Shown here piece after piece: positions 34,351-45,525 of a stretch of 64,000 nucleotides of DNA; positions within the stretch are counted from its first letter, which is position 1; the number at the start of each line of letters is the position of its first letter. This stretch comes from Myxococcales bacterium. GTDB taxonomy: Bacteria; Myxococcota_A; Polyangia; Polyangiales; GCA-016699535. The notes beneath the pieces were generated by a model. The model was not told the origin of the DNA and made no database searches. It was given only the letters and a program-made list of their open reading frames with translations. Location: positions 270,901 to 334,900 of the forward strand of contig JACKDX010000002.1 of the NCBI GenBank assembly GCA_020633325.1, read 5' to 3'. The position numbers and the translations under genes were made by a program.

Positions 34351-35756
34351 AATCGACCTCCAGAGGATGAAGCGCTCTCTATAACGCCAATGGCGATGAT
34401 ACTCAAGCCGCTCAATACAAATCCCGGTGCGAGCTCGTACAGGTCAAAGATTCCCCCATGAAGCTGTTTCCACACAACCACGGTAGTCGCACCCACCACG
34501 ATTCCGACGAGTACACCCACTCGGGTGGTCTGCTTCCAAAGCAACATACACAAGATGGCAGGCCCAAAGGATGCGCCAAAGCCTGCCCATGCGTACGCGA
34601 CGAGGTCAAGCACCTTGCTCTTCGGATCCAATCCCAACAGGAGCGCGATGGACGCGATCGTCAGAACAGCACCGCGACCGAGCCAGACCAGTTCACGCTG
34701 GGATGCGTCGCGGTGAATAAACGCGTGATAGAAATCTTCAGTGACCGTGGCAGCGCACACCAAAAGTTGGGCAGAGACAGTGCTCATAATTGCAGCGAGC
34801 ACAGCGGCCAAAAGAAGTCCCGTAACCCAGGGATTAAAGAGCACCTGAGCCAAGACAAGAAATACCTTTTCTGGTTCTATTAGTGGAGCGTTGGCGAAAT
34901 ACACTTGGCCTAACCACCCGGTTGACATCGCCCCAACCAGGCACAGGATCATCCAGCCCATGCCGATACGTCGCGCCATCGGCATGTCCGAGACATGCCT
35001 AAGCGACATAAATCTCACCAAAATGTGTGGCTGACCGAAGTAGCCCAATCCCCACGCCATAAGAGAGATTGTGCCCAGCGTTCCCTTCTCGAACCACACT
35101 GTGCGCGTGAGATTGTGGGCGACTTGTCCCACCCCGAGCATAGAGAAGAGCAACCCCGGCACGACTAGGAGGGCTATGAGCATGAGGATGCCTTGAAAGA
35201 AATCGGTCCAACTTACAGCATTAAAGCCACCTAAAAACGTGTATGCCACAATGACCGCCGCGCCGGAACATAAGGCAACATGGTAGTCGAAGTGAAACGT
35301 GGCTTCGAATAAGAGCGCGCCGCTGACTAACCCCGCTGATGTGTAGATCGTAAAGAAGACGAGGATCACCAATGCGGATACGATACGCAAAATGCGAGAG
35401 CGATCTGAGAAGTGATATTCCATATAGTCGGGCAGCGTTAGCGCGTCGTTGCTCCGCTCCGTAGCAACCCGCAAGCGGGGCGCGACGAACAACCAGTTCA
35501 AGTAAGCACCTATGACGAGCCCCACAGCCATCCACACATTGGACGCGCCTCCGGCATATAAAGCGCCCGGTAAGCCCAAAATGAGCCATCCACTCATGTC
35601 CGATGCCCCGGCACTTAGGGCAGTTACAGGGGCATTAAGGCCTCGGCCACCCAAAATGTAGTCGGAAAGACTATCCGTGCTGTGGTAAAAGCGGATACCA
35701 ATGACCAACATGGCAGCCAGGTACACCACAAACACGATGAGCACGGGGGCAGACAC
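34347..35756 (-). CDS. putP: Sodium/proline symporter (SSS family)
   Basis: 469 aa, GTG start. N-terminal [32 protein letters not shown] closely follows the PutP consensus. About 13 TM helices. Confidence 0.8.
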   Translation of the reverse strand: MSAPVLIVFVVYLAAMLVIGIRFYHSTDSLSDYILGGRGLNAPVTALSAGASDMSGWLILGLPGALYAGGASNVWMAVGLVIGAYLNWLFVAPRLRVATERSNDALTLPDYMEYHFSDRSRILRIVSALVILVFFTIYTSAGLVSGALLFEATFHFDYHVALCSGAAVIVAYTFLGGFNAVSWTDFFQGILMLIALLVVPGLLFSMLGVGQVAHNLTRTVWFEKGTLGTISLMAWGLGYFGQPHILVRFMSLRHVSDMPMARRIGMGWMILCLVGAMSTGWLGQVYFANAPLIEPEKVFLVLAQVLFNPWVTGLLLAAVLAAIMSTVSAQLLVCAATVTEDFYHAFIHRDASQRELVWLGRGAVLTIASIALLLGLDPKSKVLDLVAYAWAGFGASFGPAILCMLLWKQTTRVGVLVGIVVGATTVVVWKQLHGGIFDLYELAPGFVLSGLSIIAIGVIESASSSGGRL

Positions 35757-35791
35757 AGAAGCTCGGCATCGTAAAGGATCGAGATTCCCCT

Positions 35792-37456
35792 GTGAATGAG
35801 TTTCGAGAGTTTCTGCATCTTGCCGCCCGAGTGCTCGGATCAGAGAGCTATTTCCCGTTTCTGCTGCTGGGTACTGGGCTATTTTTCACGATCTATTTGG
35901 GCCTGCCGCAGTTTCGGTACTTCGCGCATGCGTTACGCGTGGTGAGCGGTCATTACACCAAACCGGGTGAGGAAGGTGACACCACCCATTTTCAGGCGCT
36001 CTCTACCGCGCTCTCGGGCACAGTAGGAACGGGAAACATCGCCGGGGTGGGATTTGCGATCTATCTCGGAGGACCCGCGGCATTGTTCTGGATGTGGGCG
36101 ACGGCGTTTTTAGGCATGGCAACCAAGTTTGTCGAGGTCACCCTATCGCATAAGTATCGAGTCAAAGCAGACGATGGAAGCATGGCTGGCGGCCCCATGT
36201 TTTACATGGAGCGCAAGCTTAAACTCAAATGGCTCGCCGTGTTGTTTGCCGCAGCGACAGTGATCAGTTCTTTCGGAACAGGCAGTCTTCCTCAGATTAA
36301 TAGCATCGCCATGGCCATGCACACCACATTTGGGGTTTCGCGCATCACTACCGGCGCCGTGCTGTCTCTGGTTCTTCTCATAGTTGTCGTGGGCGGCATA
36401 CGCCGCATCGCGCACTTTGCAGAAGCCGTCGTGCCCTTGATGGCGCTCGTGTATATCGTGGGTGCGCTTGCCGTGATCCTTCCTAACCTCCACAATCTTT
36501 GGCCATCGTTTTTGTCGGTTTGGAGCGGGGCATTCAGCGGCACGGCCATCACGGGTGGGTTCCTTGGGGCAAGCTTTTCATTCGCCTTTAGCCAGGGCTG
36601 TCAGCGGGGGCTATACTCCAATGAGGCTGGTCAAGGTTCCGCTCCCATTGCGCATGCCTCCGCCAAGGGTGAAAGCCCCGTATCGGAAGGGATGGTCTCG
36701 CTACTTGAGCCCTTCATCGACACACTATTGATTTGCACATTGACTGGCATGGTGATTCTCGCGTCGGGTGTGTGGACGGAGAAGTTCCTCCATGAGTTTC
36801 AACACGCAGACACGGTGGTTATTCGGGGGGATTATAACGAGCATCAAAAGGCGGATAAAGAAAAGGTCGCCGCGTATCTGGCGGATAAAGACGCGGTGCA
36901 CATCCAGCCCTACAGCGGTGCGATCGCAGTCAAGGATGGGCGCCTGAGCGGCAAAGGATTCACCATACTTAATGCCCGCTCTTTTGCGGAGGACGTGCGG
37001 TTTTACAAAGACGAGAAGGCCTTTAATGGATTTGTGCATGTGGCCGGCGGGAAAATCACGACGGATGTGGTGCTAAAGGGCAGGTCTCGACTTCACACCG
37101 TGGAGCTAACAACCGCAGCGTTCTCACGAGGGTGGCTGGCGTCCTTCGGTCCGTATATAGTGGCCATAGGACTTTTACTCTTTGCGTTTTCCACGGCGGT
37201 GGCGTGGTCCTATTATGGCGACCGCGCGATTTTTTACTTGTTTGGACTCAAGGGAGTCTTGCCGTACCGATTTGCCTACGTGATTGGATTTTTCATAGCG
37301 TCGTTTGTGGATACGACTTTGGTGTGGGATCTTTCAGCGGTCACTATTGTGCTGATGGCGATGCCTAACCTTATTGGTATACTCATGCTACACAAAGATA
37401 TGAAACAATCGGTCCGCGCATATTGGGATCGTTTTCACTCTTCGCAGGTTAAATAG
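35792..37456 (+). CDS. Alanine/glycine:cation symporter (AGCS family) with a ~100-aa insertion
   Basis: 554 aa, GTG start. AGCS motifs [20 protein letters not shown] and [16 protein letters not shown]. Carries an extra hydrophilic segment between them (see findings). Confidence 0.8.
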   Translation: MNEFREFLHLAARVLGSESYFPFLLLGTGLFFTIYLGLPQFRYFAHALRVVSGHYTKPGEEGDTTHFQALSTALSGTVGTGNIAGVGFAIYLGGPAALFWMWATAFLGMATKFVEVTLSHKYRVKADDGSMAGGPMFYMERKLKLKWLAVLFAAATVISSFGTGSLPQINSIAMAMHTTFGVSRITTGAVLSLVLLIVVVGGIRRIAHFAEAVVPLMALVYIVGALAVILPNLHNLWPSFLSVWSGAFSGTAITGGFLGASFSFAFSQGCQRGLYSNEAGQGSAPIAHASAKGESPVSEGMVSLLEPFIDTLLICTLTGMVILASGVWTEKFLHEFQHADTVVIRGDYNEHQKADKEKVAAYLADKDAVHIQPYSGAIAVKDGRLSGKGFTILNARSFAEDVRFYKDEKAFNGFVHVAGGKITTDVVLKGRSRLHTVELTTAAFSRGWLASFGPYIVAIGLLLFAFSTAVAWSYYGDRAIFYLFGLKGVLPYRFAYVIGFFIASFVDTTLVWDLSAVTIVLMAMPNLIGILMLHKDMKQSVRAYWDRFHSSQVK

Positions 37457-37457
37457 A

Positions 37458-39179
37458 ATGTCACGACGGCTGCCCATCAATCGCCATAGTAAGCGCATCA
37501 CTCAACCACCGTCCCAGGGCGCTTCTCAAGCCATGCTGTATGCGACGGGGCTTGGCCCGGATGATATGGACAAAGCGCAGGTGGGTATTTCCAGCATGTG
37601 GTTTGAGGGCAATCCTTGCAACATGCATCTGCTCGATCTGGCAGAAGAAGTTAAGGCCGGCGTTATCGGCGCGGGGATGGTCGGCCTGCGGTTTAACACC
37701 ATTGGTGTGTCTGACGGCATATCCATGGGGACCGATGGCATGAGCTATTCGCTCCAATCACGCGATCTGATCGCTGACAGCATTGAAACCGTCATGGCTG
37801 CACAATGGTACGACGCAAACATTTCGCTGCCTGGCTGTGACAAGAACATGCCGGGTTGCGTCATGGCGATGCTGCGCCTCAATCGGCCTTCGCTGATGGT
37901 GTACGGGGGAACAATCAGCGCAGGGCATAGCGCCACGGGAAGATCACTTGACATCGTGTCCGCTTTTCAGTCTTACGGTGAATTGCTGACTGAGCGCATC
38001 ACGGAAACAGAACGCCGTGACATCGTGCGACATGCATGCCCGGGCGCCGGAGCGTGCGGGGGAATGTACACAGCCAATACGATGGCCTCGGCCATAGAGG
38101 CCATGGGTATGTCGTTGCCATACAGCGCATCAACCCCGGCGCTAGCCGCCGAAAAGAAGGTTGAATGTCGGAACGCAGGAGCCGCCATTCGAAATCTACT
38201 CGAACAGAACATCACACCGAGGGATATCGTCACGAAGAAGGCACTCGAAAACGCCATTGTTCTAATCACCGTATTGGGTGGGTCCACCAACGCCGTGCTC
38301 CATCTCTTAGCCATCGCACATGCGGCGCGGGTGCCGCTCACGATGGATGACTTTAAGAGGGTGGGCGCTCGAACGCCAGTGTTGGGGGATTTTAAGCCCA
38401 GTGGGCGTTTCGTCATGGAAGATCTCGCAAAAGTGGGTGGCGTTCCGGCGGTGATGAAACTGCTCCTTGAGCGCGAGATGCTTCACGGCGAATGTCTGAC
38501 GGTGACGGGCAAGACATTGGCGGAAAACCTACGCGATGTACCCCCTTTGAGTGAGGGGCAGGAAGTCATCTTGCCTTTTGCGAACCCGATTAAGGCCCAT
38601 GGCCATATTTGCATCTTGCGCGGTTCCTTGGCACCGGAAGGGGCCGTCGCCAAGATAACCGGCAAAGAAGGCTTCTACTTTTCCGGGCCCGCGAAAGTGT
38701 TTGATTCCGAAGAAGCCATGCTGCTCGCTGTGGAGGCCGGTAACATCCGTAAGGGCGATGTCATCGTCATTCGTTATGAGGGCCCCAAAGGTGGACCGGG
38801 CATGCCAGAGATGCTGTCACCGACCTCCGTGATTATGGGTGCAGGGCTTGGTAACGATGTGGCGCTCATCACAGACGGACGTTTCTCGGGCGGCTCGCAT
38901 GGTTTCATCATTGGACATGTAAGCCCTGAAGCGCAGGAGGGAGGGCCCATTGCGTTGGTACAAAATGGTGACATCATCAACATCGACGCAGAAGCTAATA
39001 CGATTGATCTCAAGGTCGAGTTGGCAGAACTCGAGAAGCGCCGCAAGGCATGGGTCGCGCCCCCGCTCAAGACGACAACCGGGACACTTTATCGTTACGT
39101 AAGCAGCGTGAGCTCCGCCTCATTGGGCTGCTTGACTGATCTCGAACCCAATGGCGTTCTTTCCGTCAAGGGCACTTGA
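37458..39179 (+). CDS. ilvD: Dihydroxy-acid dehydratase
   Basis: 573 aa. IlvD/Edd family with Fe-S ligand motifs ([22 protein letters not shown]) and C-terminal [11 protein letters not shown]. Confidence 0.9.
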   Translation: MSRRLPINRHSKRITQPPSQGASQAMLYATGLGPDDMDKAQVGISSMWFEGNPCNMHLLDLAEEVKAGVIGAGMVGLRFNTIGVSDGISMGTDGMSYSLQSRDLIADSIETVMAAQWYDANISLPGCDKNMPGCVMAMLRLNRPSLMVYGGTISAGHSATGRSLDIVSAFQSYGELLTERITETERRDIVRHACPGAGACGGMYTANTMASAIEAMGMSLPYSASTPALAAEKKVECRNAGAAIRNLLEQNITPRDIVTKKALENAIVLITVLGGSTNAVLHLLAIAHAARVPLTMDDFKRVGARTPVLGDFKPSGRFVMEDLAKVGGVPAVMKLLLEREMLHGECLTVTGKTLAENLRDVPPLSEGQEVILPFANPIKAHGHICILRGSLAPEGAVAKITGKEGFYFSGPAKVFDSEEAMLLAVEAGNIRKGDVIVIRYEGPKGGPGMPEMLSPTSVIMGAGLGNDVALITDGRFSGGSHGFIIGHVSPEAQEGGPIALVQNGDIINIDAEANTIDLKVELAELEKRRKAWVAPPLKTTTGTLYRYVSSVSSASLGCLTDLEPNGVLSVKGT

Positions 39180-39211
39180 ATTTGCCCTCATTCGCGCGAT
39201 AGTAGCGATCT

Positions 39212-40099
39212 TTGGCCGTGCAAGAATTGATTCAAAAAGCCTCCATTTTACACGAAGCGCTGCCCTATATTCGGCGTTTTCGGGGGCAGACTTTTGTGAT
39301 CAAGTACGGCGGGCACGCCATGGTCGACTCAGCGCTCCGTGATAGTTTCGCCCGTGACGTCCTGCTGTTGAAGTTTGTGGGCATCAACCCGGTGGTCGTC
39401 CATGGTGGTGGACCGCAAATCGATGAGACCCTCGCATCCATGGGCGTCGTCTCAGAACGCATCGATGGGTTAAGGGTGACAGACGAGAGAACGATGGGCG
39501 TTGTCGAAATGGTGCTTGGGGGTAAGACCAATCAGGAAATTGTGTCGCTGGTCTGTTCACATGGCGGTCGCGCAGTCGGCCTCACCGGCAAAGACGACGC
39601 GTTTATGGTCGCTGAAAAAGTGGACCGGATGCGGACAAAAAAGGGTAAGTGGCTGGATCCGGGGCGGGTAGGCGTGGTCAAACATATTCGGCCAGCCCTT
39701 GTAGAGCAGCTCGTGTCTGGCGGCTTTATCCCTGTGATCGCACCGGTGGCGGTGGACGAGCACGGTGTCGCGCTCAACGTGAATGCCGACATCGTGGCAG
39801 GCAAGCTCGCTGAGGCTCTTAACGCTGAAAAGCTCGTCCTCTTAACAGATATCGAAGGCGTCTGCGATGCCGCGGGAGGGCTGCTGAGGTCGTTGACCGC
39901 CAAGGAGGCCAAAGCGCTCAGGCAACAGGGGGTCATCGCCGGTGGTATGATTCCCAAGGTGCAGTGCGCCTTGGATGCTTTGCAGCATGGGGTTCGCACC
40001 GCGCATATTGTTGATGGACGAATGCAGCACGCAGTTCTCCTAGAGATCTTTACGGACAGAGGTATCGGAACCGAGATACGTGAAAGGGCCCGGAGTTGA
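39212..40099 (+). CDS. argB: Acetylglutamate kinase
   Basis: 295 aa (TTG start). FVIKYGGHAM, VVVHGGGPQI and a C-terminal AAK-family core. Confidence 0.9.
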   Translation: MAVQELIQKASILHEALPYIRRFRGQTFVIKYGGHAMVDSALRDSFARDVLLLKFVGINPVVVHGGGPQIDETLASMGVVSERIDGLRVTDERTMGVVEMVLGGKTNQEIVSLVCSHGGRAVGLTGKDDAFMVAEKVDRMRTKKGKWLDPGRVGVVKHIRPALVEQLVSGGFIPVIAPVAVDEHGVALNVNADIVAGKLAEALNAEKLVLLTDIEGVCDAAGGLLRSLTAKEAKALRQQGVIAGGMIPKVQCALDALQHGVRTAHIVDGRMQHAVLLEIFTDRGIGTEIRERARS

Positions 40100-40100
40100 T

Positions 40101-41318
40101 ATGCCATCCCATGACGACTTAATCGCCGCCGCAAAAGGCGCTTTTACCGCAAATATGCGTCCTGCGCCCATCGTGTTCGAGCGCGGGAAGGGCTGCAGGC
40201 TTTGGGATGTCACCGGCCGCGAGTACTTGGATCTATGCGCCGGAATTGCCGTGGTGTCTGTAGGGCATAGCCATCCCACCTTAGTAAGTGCGTTGCAAGA
40301 TCAGTGCGCACAACTGATGCACGTCTCCAACTTATTTTTCAACGACAAGGTGATTGCGTTGGCCAAAGCGCTAACAGATCGCACCATGTTTGATCGCGTG
40401 TACTTTTCCAACAGTGGAACTGAAGCCATCGAAGCGCTGATCAAACTCGCCCGACGCTACCACCATGATCAAGGTCGCACGGAGCGCCGAGGTTTCATCG
40501 CTGCCGAGCGCAGCTTTCATGGGCGCACCATGGGAGCGCTCAGTTTGACAGGTCAGCCCAAGTATCAGGTTGGAATGGGGCCTCTCCTTGAGCCGGTGAG
40601 TTTGGTTCCCTTCGGCGACTTGAACGCGCTTGAGGCAGCGATCAATCCGAGCACCGCAGCAGTGATTTTAGAGCCTGTTCAAGCAGAGGGCGGCATTTTT
40701 GAGGCCACCCCGCACTATTTGCGCGGCGTGCGCGAGATGTGCGATCGCCACCAGATCCTGCTTTTCCTTGACGAGGTACAAACCGGCTATGGGCGCACGG
40801 GCAAGTTCCTGGCCTCCGAGTGGAGCGGAATTATACCAGATGGCTGTGCATTGGCCAAAGGGATGGGAGGCGGATTTCCCATCGGCGGCATAGCGGTCAA
40901 AGAGTTCCTCAAAGATGGGTTGCCGCCAGGGAGTCATGCGACAACCTTTGGGGGCAATGCCCTAGCGGCCGCGGCAGGCTTGGCGGTATTAAAGATATTT
41001 GACGATGAGAGCATCCTTCTTCATGTGCAGAAGGTCGGCGCGTATTTGGGTACACGTCTAGAGGCGCTCCGGGCCTCGCTCCCTGAGGGAGTGGTCACTG
41101 AACAGCGCGGGCTGGGTTTGTTGCAAGGGCTCGCGCTTCATGATCGCGTAGATGCACAGGCTGCGTTGGCCCGGATTCGGGATGGCGGCGTCTTGCTATC
41201 CCTCGCCGGCGGACAAGTCCTAAGGTTTTCCCCTCCTCTCGTTGTGAGTGAGGCGGAGATCGACGAGGGACTTCAGGTGGTGGCAGATGTGCTTTCCCGA
41301 ACGAGGCCCGCGGAATGA
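40101..41318 (+). CDS. argD: Acetylornithine aminotransferase
   Basis: Class III aminotransferase: SNSGTEAIEA, LDEVQTGYGRTGK, and a PLP lysine in ALAKGMGGGFP. The ATG at 40101 lies 1 nt after the argB stop. Confidence 0.9.
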   Translation: MPSHDDLIAAAKGAFTANMRPAPIVFERGKGCRLWDVTGREYLDLCAGIAVVSVGHSHPTLVSALQDQCAQLMHVSNLFFNDKVIALAKALTDRTMFDRVYFSNSGTEAIEALIKLARRYHHDQGRTERRGFIAAERSFHGRTMGALSLTGQPKYQVGMGPLLEPVSLVPFGDLNALEAAINPSTAAVILEPVQAEGGIFEATPHYLRGVREMCDRHQILLFLDEVQTGYGRTGKFLASEWSGIIPDGCALAKGMGGGFPIGGIAVKEFLKDGLPPGSHATTFGGNALAAAAGLAVLKIFDDESILLHVQKVGAYLGTRLEALRASLPEGVVTEQRGLGLLQGLALHDRVDAQAALARIRDGGVLLSLAGGQVLRFSPPLVVSEAEIDEGLQVVADVLSRTRPAE

Positions 41319-42238
41319 TCAGCCGCCATCTGCTTACGTTGCTGGATCTTGGCGCAGATGGTCTGCGATCTGTGTTGCGCCGGGCCCATGAGCTCAAGTC
41401 GCTACGTGGCAAAGAAGAGCATCCTCGGTCGCTTGCGCACAAAAGCGTGGTCATCCTTTTGGAGAAGGCCTCGACACGCACGCGGGTATCCTTTGAAGTC
41501 GGGATCCATGAGCTCGGTGGCCACCCCGTGGTGCTCGAAGCCAAGGACATCCAGCTCCACCGGGGCGAGACCATCGAGGATACGGCCCAGGTACTTTCTC
41601 GGTATGTTCACGCCATCATCTATCGTACCCACGGACACGAGCGTGCAGAGGCATTGGCAAAAAGCGCCTCGGTACCCATCATCAATGGACTTTCGGACAC
41701 CTATCACCCGTGTCAGATTTTGGCTGATCTCATGACTGTCGAGGAGACTGTGGCGCGACCGCTCTCGGAGCTAAAGGTGGTATGGATTGGTGATGGCAAT
41801 AACATCGCGCACTCCTGGATTAACGCCTCGGCGTTGCTTGGCTTTGAGCTCGTCTTAGCGACGCCGGCGGCCTATGCGCCCGATCCACGGGTGCTTTCCC
41901 GTGCCACAGCCATGCCCCCATGCCGTGTGCATCTCACCGAGGATGTGGCGAGTGCTGTCAGGGGGGCGGATGTAGTTTCAACCGACGTTTGGACCAGCAT
42001 GGGGCAAGAATCCGAGAAACAGCAGCGCCACGCAGTATTCGCCCCGTATACGGTGACCGAATCGATGATGAGAAAAGCAAAGAGAGACGCTATATTTCTC
42101 CACTGCTTGCCGGCCCATCGTGGAGAAGAGGTAGATGCTGCGGTTATCGACGGAGCGGCATCGCGCGTATGGCAAGAAGCGGAAAACCGCTTGCATGCTC
42201 AGAAGGCGCTGCTTGAGCGACTACTTGCCGATCCATGA
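41315..42238 (+). CDS. argF: Ornithine carbamoyltransferase
   Basis: 307 aa. Carbamoyl-phosphate site STRTRVSFE, HPCQILAD, HCLPAHRGEE. ATGA overlap with argD. Confidence 0.9.
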   Translation: MISRHLLTLLDLGADGLRSVLRRAHELKSLRGKEEHPRSLAHKSVVILLEKASTRTRVSFEVGIHELGGHPVVLEAKDIQLHRGETIEDTAQVLSRYVHAIIYRTHGHERAEALAKSASVPIINGLSDTYHPCQILADLMTVEETVARPLSELKVVWIGDGNNIAHSWINASALLGFELVLATPAAYAPDPRVLSRATAMPPCRVHLTEDVASAVRGADVVSTDVWTSMGQESEKQQRHAVFAPYTVTESMMRKAKRDAIFLHCLPAHRGEEVDAAVIDGAASRVWQEAENRLHAQKALLERLLADP

Positions 42239-43641
42239 CATCCGATGCGAAGTCATCCGGGGGTGTGCCTAAACGCATCGCCGACGTCCAGACCGCCAAG
42301 TTGGATTTAAGCGTGCAAGAGTTATACCTTCTTTCGGTGATTGACGGCGTACTCGATGCATCTGCGCTGGCCGCTCACACGGGGCTTCACGTATCGTCGG
42401 TCATTTCCATGCTGAGCCGGCTTGAAGCGCATGGTGTCATAAGATGGACCATAGCCCCAAACGTTGAAGCCACCGATCGCAAAGCTGGATCGCCGCGCTC
42501 GTCAAAGGCGATCACGCCTGACGAAGACGAAGTGGATCTCGATGCGGACCGTCGTCGACAGATAAATGAAATGCTGATCCGGCTGGATGCGGAGTCCTAC
42601 TATGCATTGTTTGGCCTCAAAGGAGATGCGGAACGCAGTGCGATCCGCGCTGCGTACTTTAAGCTCTCGAAACTTTATCATCCGGACTCGATGTTTGGGA
42701 AGAGGCTGGGTCGCTATCAGAGCAAAATGGAAAAAATCTTTGCCCACTTGAGCCAAGGATACGAGGTCCTCGGCAAGCCGGAGAGCCGGGCGGAGTACGA
42801 TCGGTATCTGAAAGTGCGTGCCAACGCGGACGCTGCGCGGGTAATGTTGGACTCCGTAGATGCTGAGTTGGAGGGTGATGCTGGAAGCGGAAACCTGGGG
42901 GAAGCACCCGCGACGCCTCCGAGTGAGGCACCTCCATCGCCCAAGAATCCCGAGCGGCGTCGGCAACTCGCGGCCAAACGCATCATGAGAACCATGGGAC
43001 GGTCTTTGCCCCCCGCCTCACCAGCTGATCTCCATTCACAGAGAGAAAAAGCCCATAAGCTCGCCAAGGCGGTGATGTCATCGATTTCGAGCGGCTCCTC
43101 GGTGCGTTCGGGCATCGGGAAAGCCACCCAGTTTTTAAGGGCAGCGAAGGATGCTGAGGATCGTGGAGAGTTGCCTGCGGCAATGAATGCCTTACGTCTT
43201 GCCAAGGCCCTTGCGCCTGCGAATGCGGATATCGAGATGGAATACAAACGGGTTCGGGGCGTGGTGCTCGAACAATTGGTCGGCGATTACATCATGCAAG
43301 CGCGCTACGAGGAAACGCTGAAAATGTGGCGTGCCGCAGCCGACTCATGGGCCAAGGTCGCCGAGGCAAAGCCCGAAGATGCCTTCACCCATCGGAGGGT
43401 GGCAGTGTTGCTTTTAGAGTCAAATACGGATACCCGTCGCGCGCACAAATATGCGAAACGCGCAGTGGAACTCAAACCTGAAGATCCGGACAGCCATCTC
43501 GTTTTGGCCAAGGTGCTCTTGGAGCAGGGGCTGAAACGCAATGCGCAGCGCCAACTGGAGGAAGGTCTTGCCGTTTCACCTCAGCACGATGGACTCAAGG
43601 AGCTATTAAAGGAAGTCAAACAGGCAGGCCCCAATCAATAG
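42235..43641 (+). CDS. J-domain protein with N-terminal wHTH-like segment and C-terminal TPR repeats
   Basis: 468 aa. J domain YYALFGLKGDAERSAIRAAYFKLSKLYHPD has an intact HPD. The N-terminal ~80 aa resemble a MarR-type winged helix (LYLLSVIDG...VISMLSRLEAHGVIRW). A Pro/Ala-rich linker follows, then TPR-like helices. ATGA overlap with argF. Confidence 0.75.
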   Translation: MTSDAKSSGGVPKRIADVQTAKLDLSVQELYLLSVIDGVLDASALAAHTGLHVSSVISMLSRLEAHGVIRWTIAPNVEATDRKAGSPRSSKAITPDEDEVDLDADRRRQINEMLIRLDAESYYALFGLKGDAERSAIRAAYFKLSKLYHPDSMFGKRLGRYQSKMEKIFAHLSQGYEVLGKPESRAEYDRYLKVRANADAARVMLDSVDAELEGDAGSGNLGEAPATPPSEAPPSPKNPERRRQLAAKRIMRTMGRSLPPASPADLHSQREKAHKLAKAVMSSISSGSSVRSGIGKATQFLRAAKDAEDRGELPAAMNALRLAKALAPANADIEMEYKRVRGVVLEQLVGDYIMQARYEETLKMWRAAADSWAKVAEAKPEDAFTHRRVAVLLLESNTDTRRAHKYAKRAVELKPEDPDSHLVLAKVLLEQGLKRNAQRQLEEGLAVSPQHDGLKELLKEVKQAGPNQ

Positions 43642-43683
43642 CCCCCTGAGCACGAATATGATATGCCGGAGCAGGAATAACCC

Positions 43684-45507
43684 ATGGAACGCGTGATTGG
43701 CATTGATCTTGGCACGACCAACTCGTGTGTGGCGATTGTTGAAAATGGGGTTCCGACAGTCATTCAGAACCGCGGCGGGTACAAGACCACGCCATCGATG
43801 GTTGCCATTACCGAGGCAGGCAAACGGTTGGTCGGCCACATCGCGAAGCGCCAAGCGGTCACCAACGCCGAGAACACGGTATATGCGGCAAAACGCCTCA
43901 TAGGTCGTACGTGGGACAGTCCACAGGTTCAAAACGCGACCAGCACGTGTGCCTACCGCATCGTGGAAGGCCCGCACAACGATGCGCGCATTGAGCTTCG
44001 CAACAAAGTGTACAGCATCCCCGAAATGAGCGCGATGATTTTGCAGGAGATGCGGCTTATTGCTGAGGAATACTTAGGAGAGGAAGTGCGCAAGGCCGTG
44101 GTGACCGTCCCTGCGTATTTCAACGATAATCAACGACAGGCGACGAAAGATGCTGGTACGATCGCGGGACTCGAGGTCATCCGCATCGTTAACGAGCCCA
44201 CTGCGGCAGCATTGGCTTTCGGGTTTCATAAAGACATCAGCCAAACCGTAGCGGTGTTTGACCTGGGTGGCGGCACCTTTGATATCTCAATTCTAGAGAT
44301 TAGCGACTCTGAAGTCTTCAAGGTCGTGAGCAGCGCGGGTGACACATTCCTTGGGGGGGAGGACTTCGACGTTCGCATCATGAATTGGCTCGTCGATGAG
44401 TTTCAAGCGGAGCACGGAATCAATTTGCGCGAAGATCGTATGGCGCTCCAACGTCTTAAGGATGCCGCGGAGAAGGCGAAATGCGAGCTTTCGAGTGTCG
44501 AAGAGACAGAAATTAATCTCCCATTTGTGATCTCAAATGCTCACAATGAGGCGCTGCATCTTCAACACGTGCTGACGCGCCAACGGCTCAACCAGATGTG
44601 TGAAGATTACGTGCTTCGGACCATTGAGATCTGTCGGGTCACGCTTGACGATGCCGGATTGTCGAGCAACGAAATTGAGGAGGTTATTCTCGTCGGCGGC
44701 ATGACACGCATGCCCCGTTTGCAAGAGGCGGTCGCAGAATTTTTTGGGCGTGAACCAAACAAAGGTGTCCATCCCGATGAAGTTGTTGCGTTGGGGGCGG
44801 CCATTCAGGGCGACGCATTGCTGGGCGAACAGAAAGATATGATCTTGCTGGATGTCACGCCCCATACTCTGGGAATTATGGTCGTGGGCGGCTATTTCGA
44901 GGAGCTGATCCCCCAGAACACCACGATTCCTACGTCAAGATCAAAGGTGTTTACCACGGTGCGAGACAACCAAACCGCCGTTAAGATTCTGGTGATGCAG
45001 GGAGAGTCCAAGCGTGCTGAGGCCAACGAACTGCTTGGCGAGTTCGTGTTGACGGGCCTTAGAAAGGCGCCCGCGGGACAGGTCGAAATCGATGTCGTCT
45101 TTGAGATCAACGCCGATGGCATCGTGAGCGTCAGTGCGAAGGATCTTGAAACCGGCTCTGAGCAATCGATCACCGTCACTTCAACAAGTGGTCTAACCCT
45201 TGAAGAGATCACATCCATGGCTGTCAAGGCGGAAAGCATAGCGGTTGCGCGTCGTTCCGACGACGCCATGGAAGCGGTCCGTCAGGAGACAGAGACGATC
45301 GTCGCGGAGATCGAGCAGTTGTTTCCGGAAGTCGAGCAAGTCGTCGCAGAAAGTGAGTTTGGACGTGATGCGATAGAAAAGGCCAGGGCGATTGTTGAAC
45401 GGGTCCAAGCTCTTATCGCACGGGGAGATGTCGATGGCGTAAGAGAGCAACTCGACGCGCTGAAACGAACGCGCCGGATGTTCCGTGGCGTTGTGGGCAA
45501 AACATAG
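43684..45507 (+). CDS. Hsp70-family chaperone (DnaK paralog)
   Basis: 607 aa. IGIDLGTTNSCVA, DLGGGTFDIS and IVLVGGMTRMP-like motifs, plus a substrate-binding beta-domain and helical lid. Shorter than canonical DnaK and lacks an acidic C-terminal tail. Confidence 0.9.
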   Translation: MERVIGIDLGTTNSCVAIVENGVPTVIQNRGGYKTTPSMVAITEAGKRLVGHIAKRQAVTNAENTVYAAKRLIGRTWDSPQVQNATSTCAYRIVEGPHNDARIELRNKVYSIPEMSAMILQEMRLIAEEYLGEEVRKAVVTVPAYFNDNQRQATKDAGTIAGLEVIRIVNEPTAAALAFGFHKDISQTVAVFDLGGGTFDISILEISDSEVFKVVSSAGDTFLGGEDFDVRIMNWLVDEFQAEHGINLREDRMALQRLKDAAEKAKCELSSVEETEINLPFVISNAHNEALHLQHVLTRQRLNQMCEDYVLRTIEICRVTLDDAGLSSNEIEEVILVGGMTRMPRLQEAVAEFFGREPNKGVHPDEVVALGAAIQGDALLGEQKDMILLDVTPHTLGIMVVGGYFEELIPQNTTIPTSRSKVFTTVRDNQTAVKILVMQGESKRAEANELLGEFVLTGLRKAPAGQVEIDVVFEINADGIVSVSAKDLETGSEQSITVTSTSGLTLEEITSMAVKAESIAVARRSDDAMEAVRQETETIVAEIEQLFPEVEQVVAESEFGRDAIEKARAIVERVQALIARGDVDGVREQLDALKRTRRMFRGVVGKT

Positions 45508-45525
45508 CACGCAGGATGGTTCGCA

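Noticed and set aside
39532-40134. 200-aa ORF on the - strand
   Set aside because: It is antisense to argB and its translation is Ser/Ala/Pro/Thr-rich with no motif, so I treat it as spurious.
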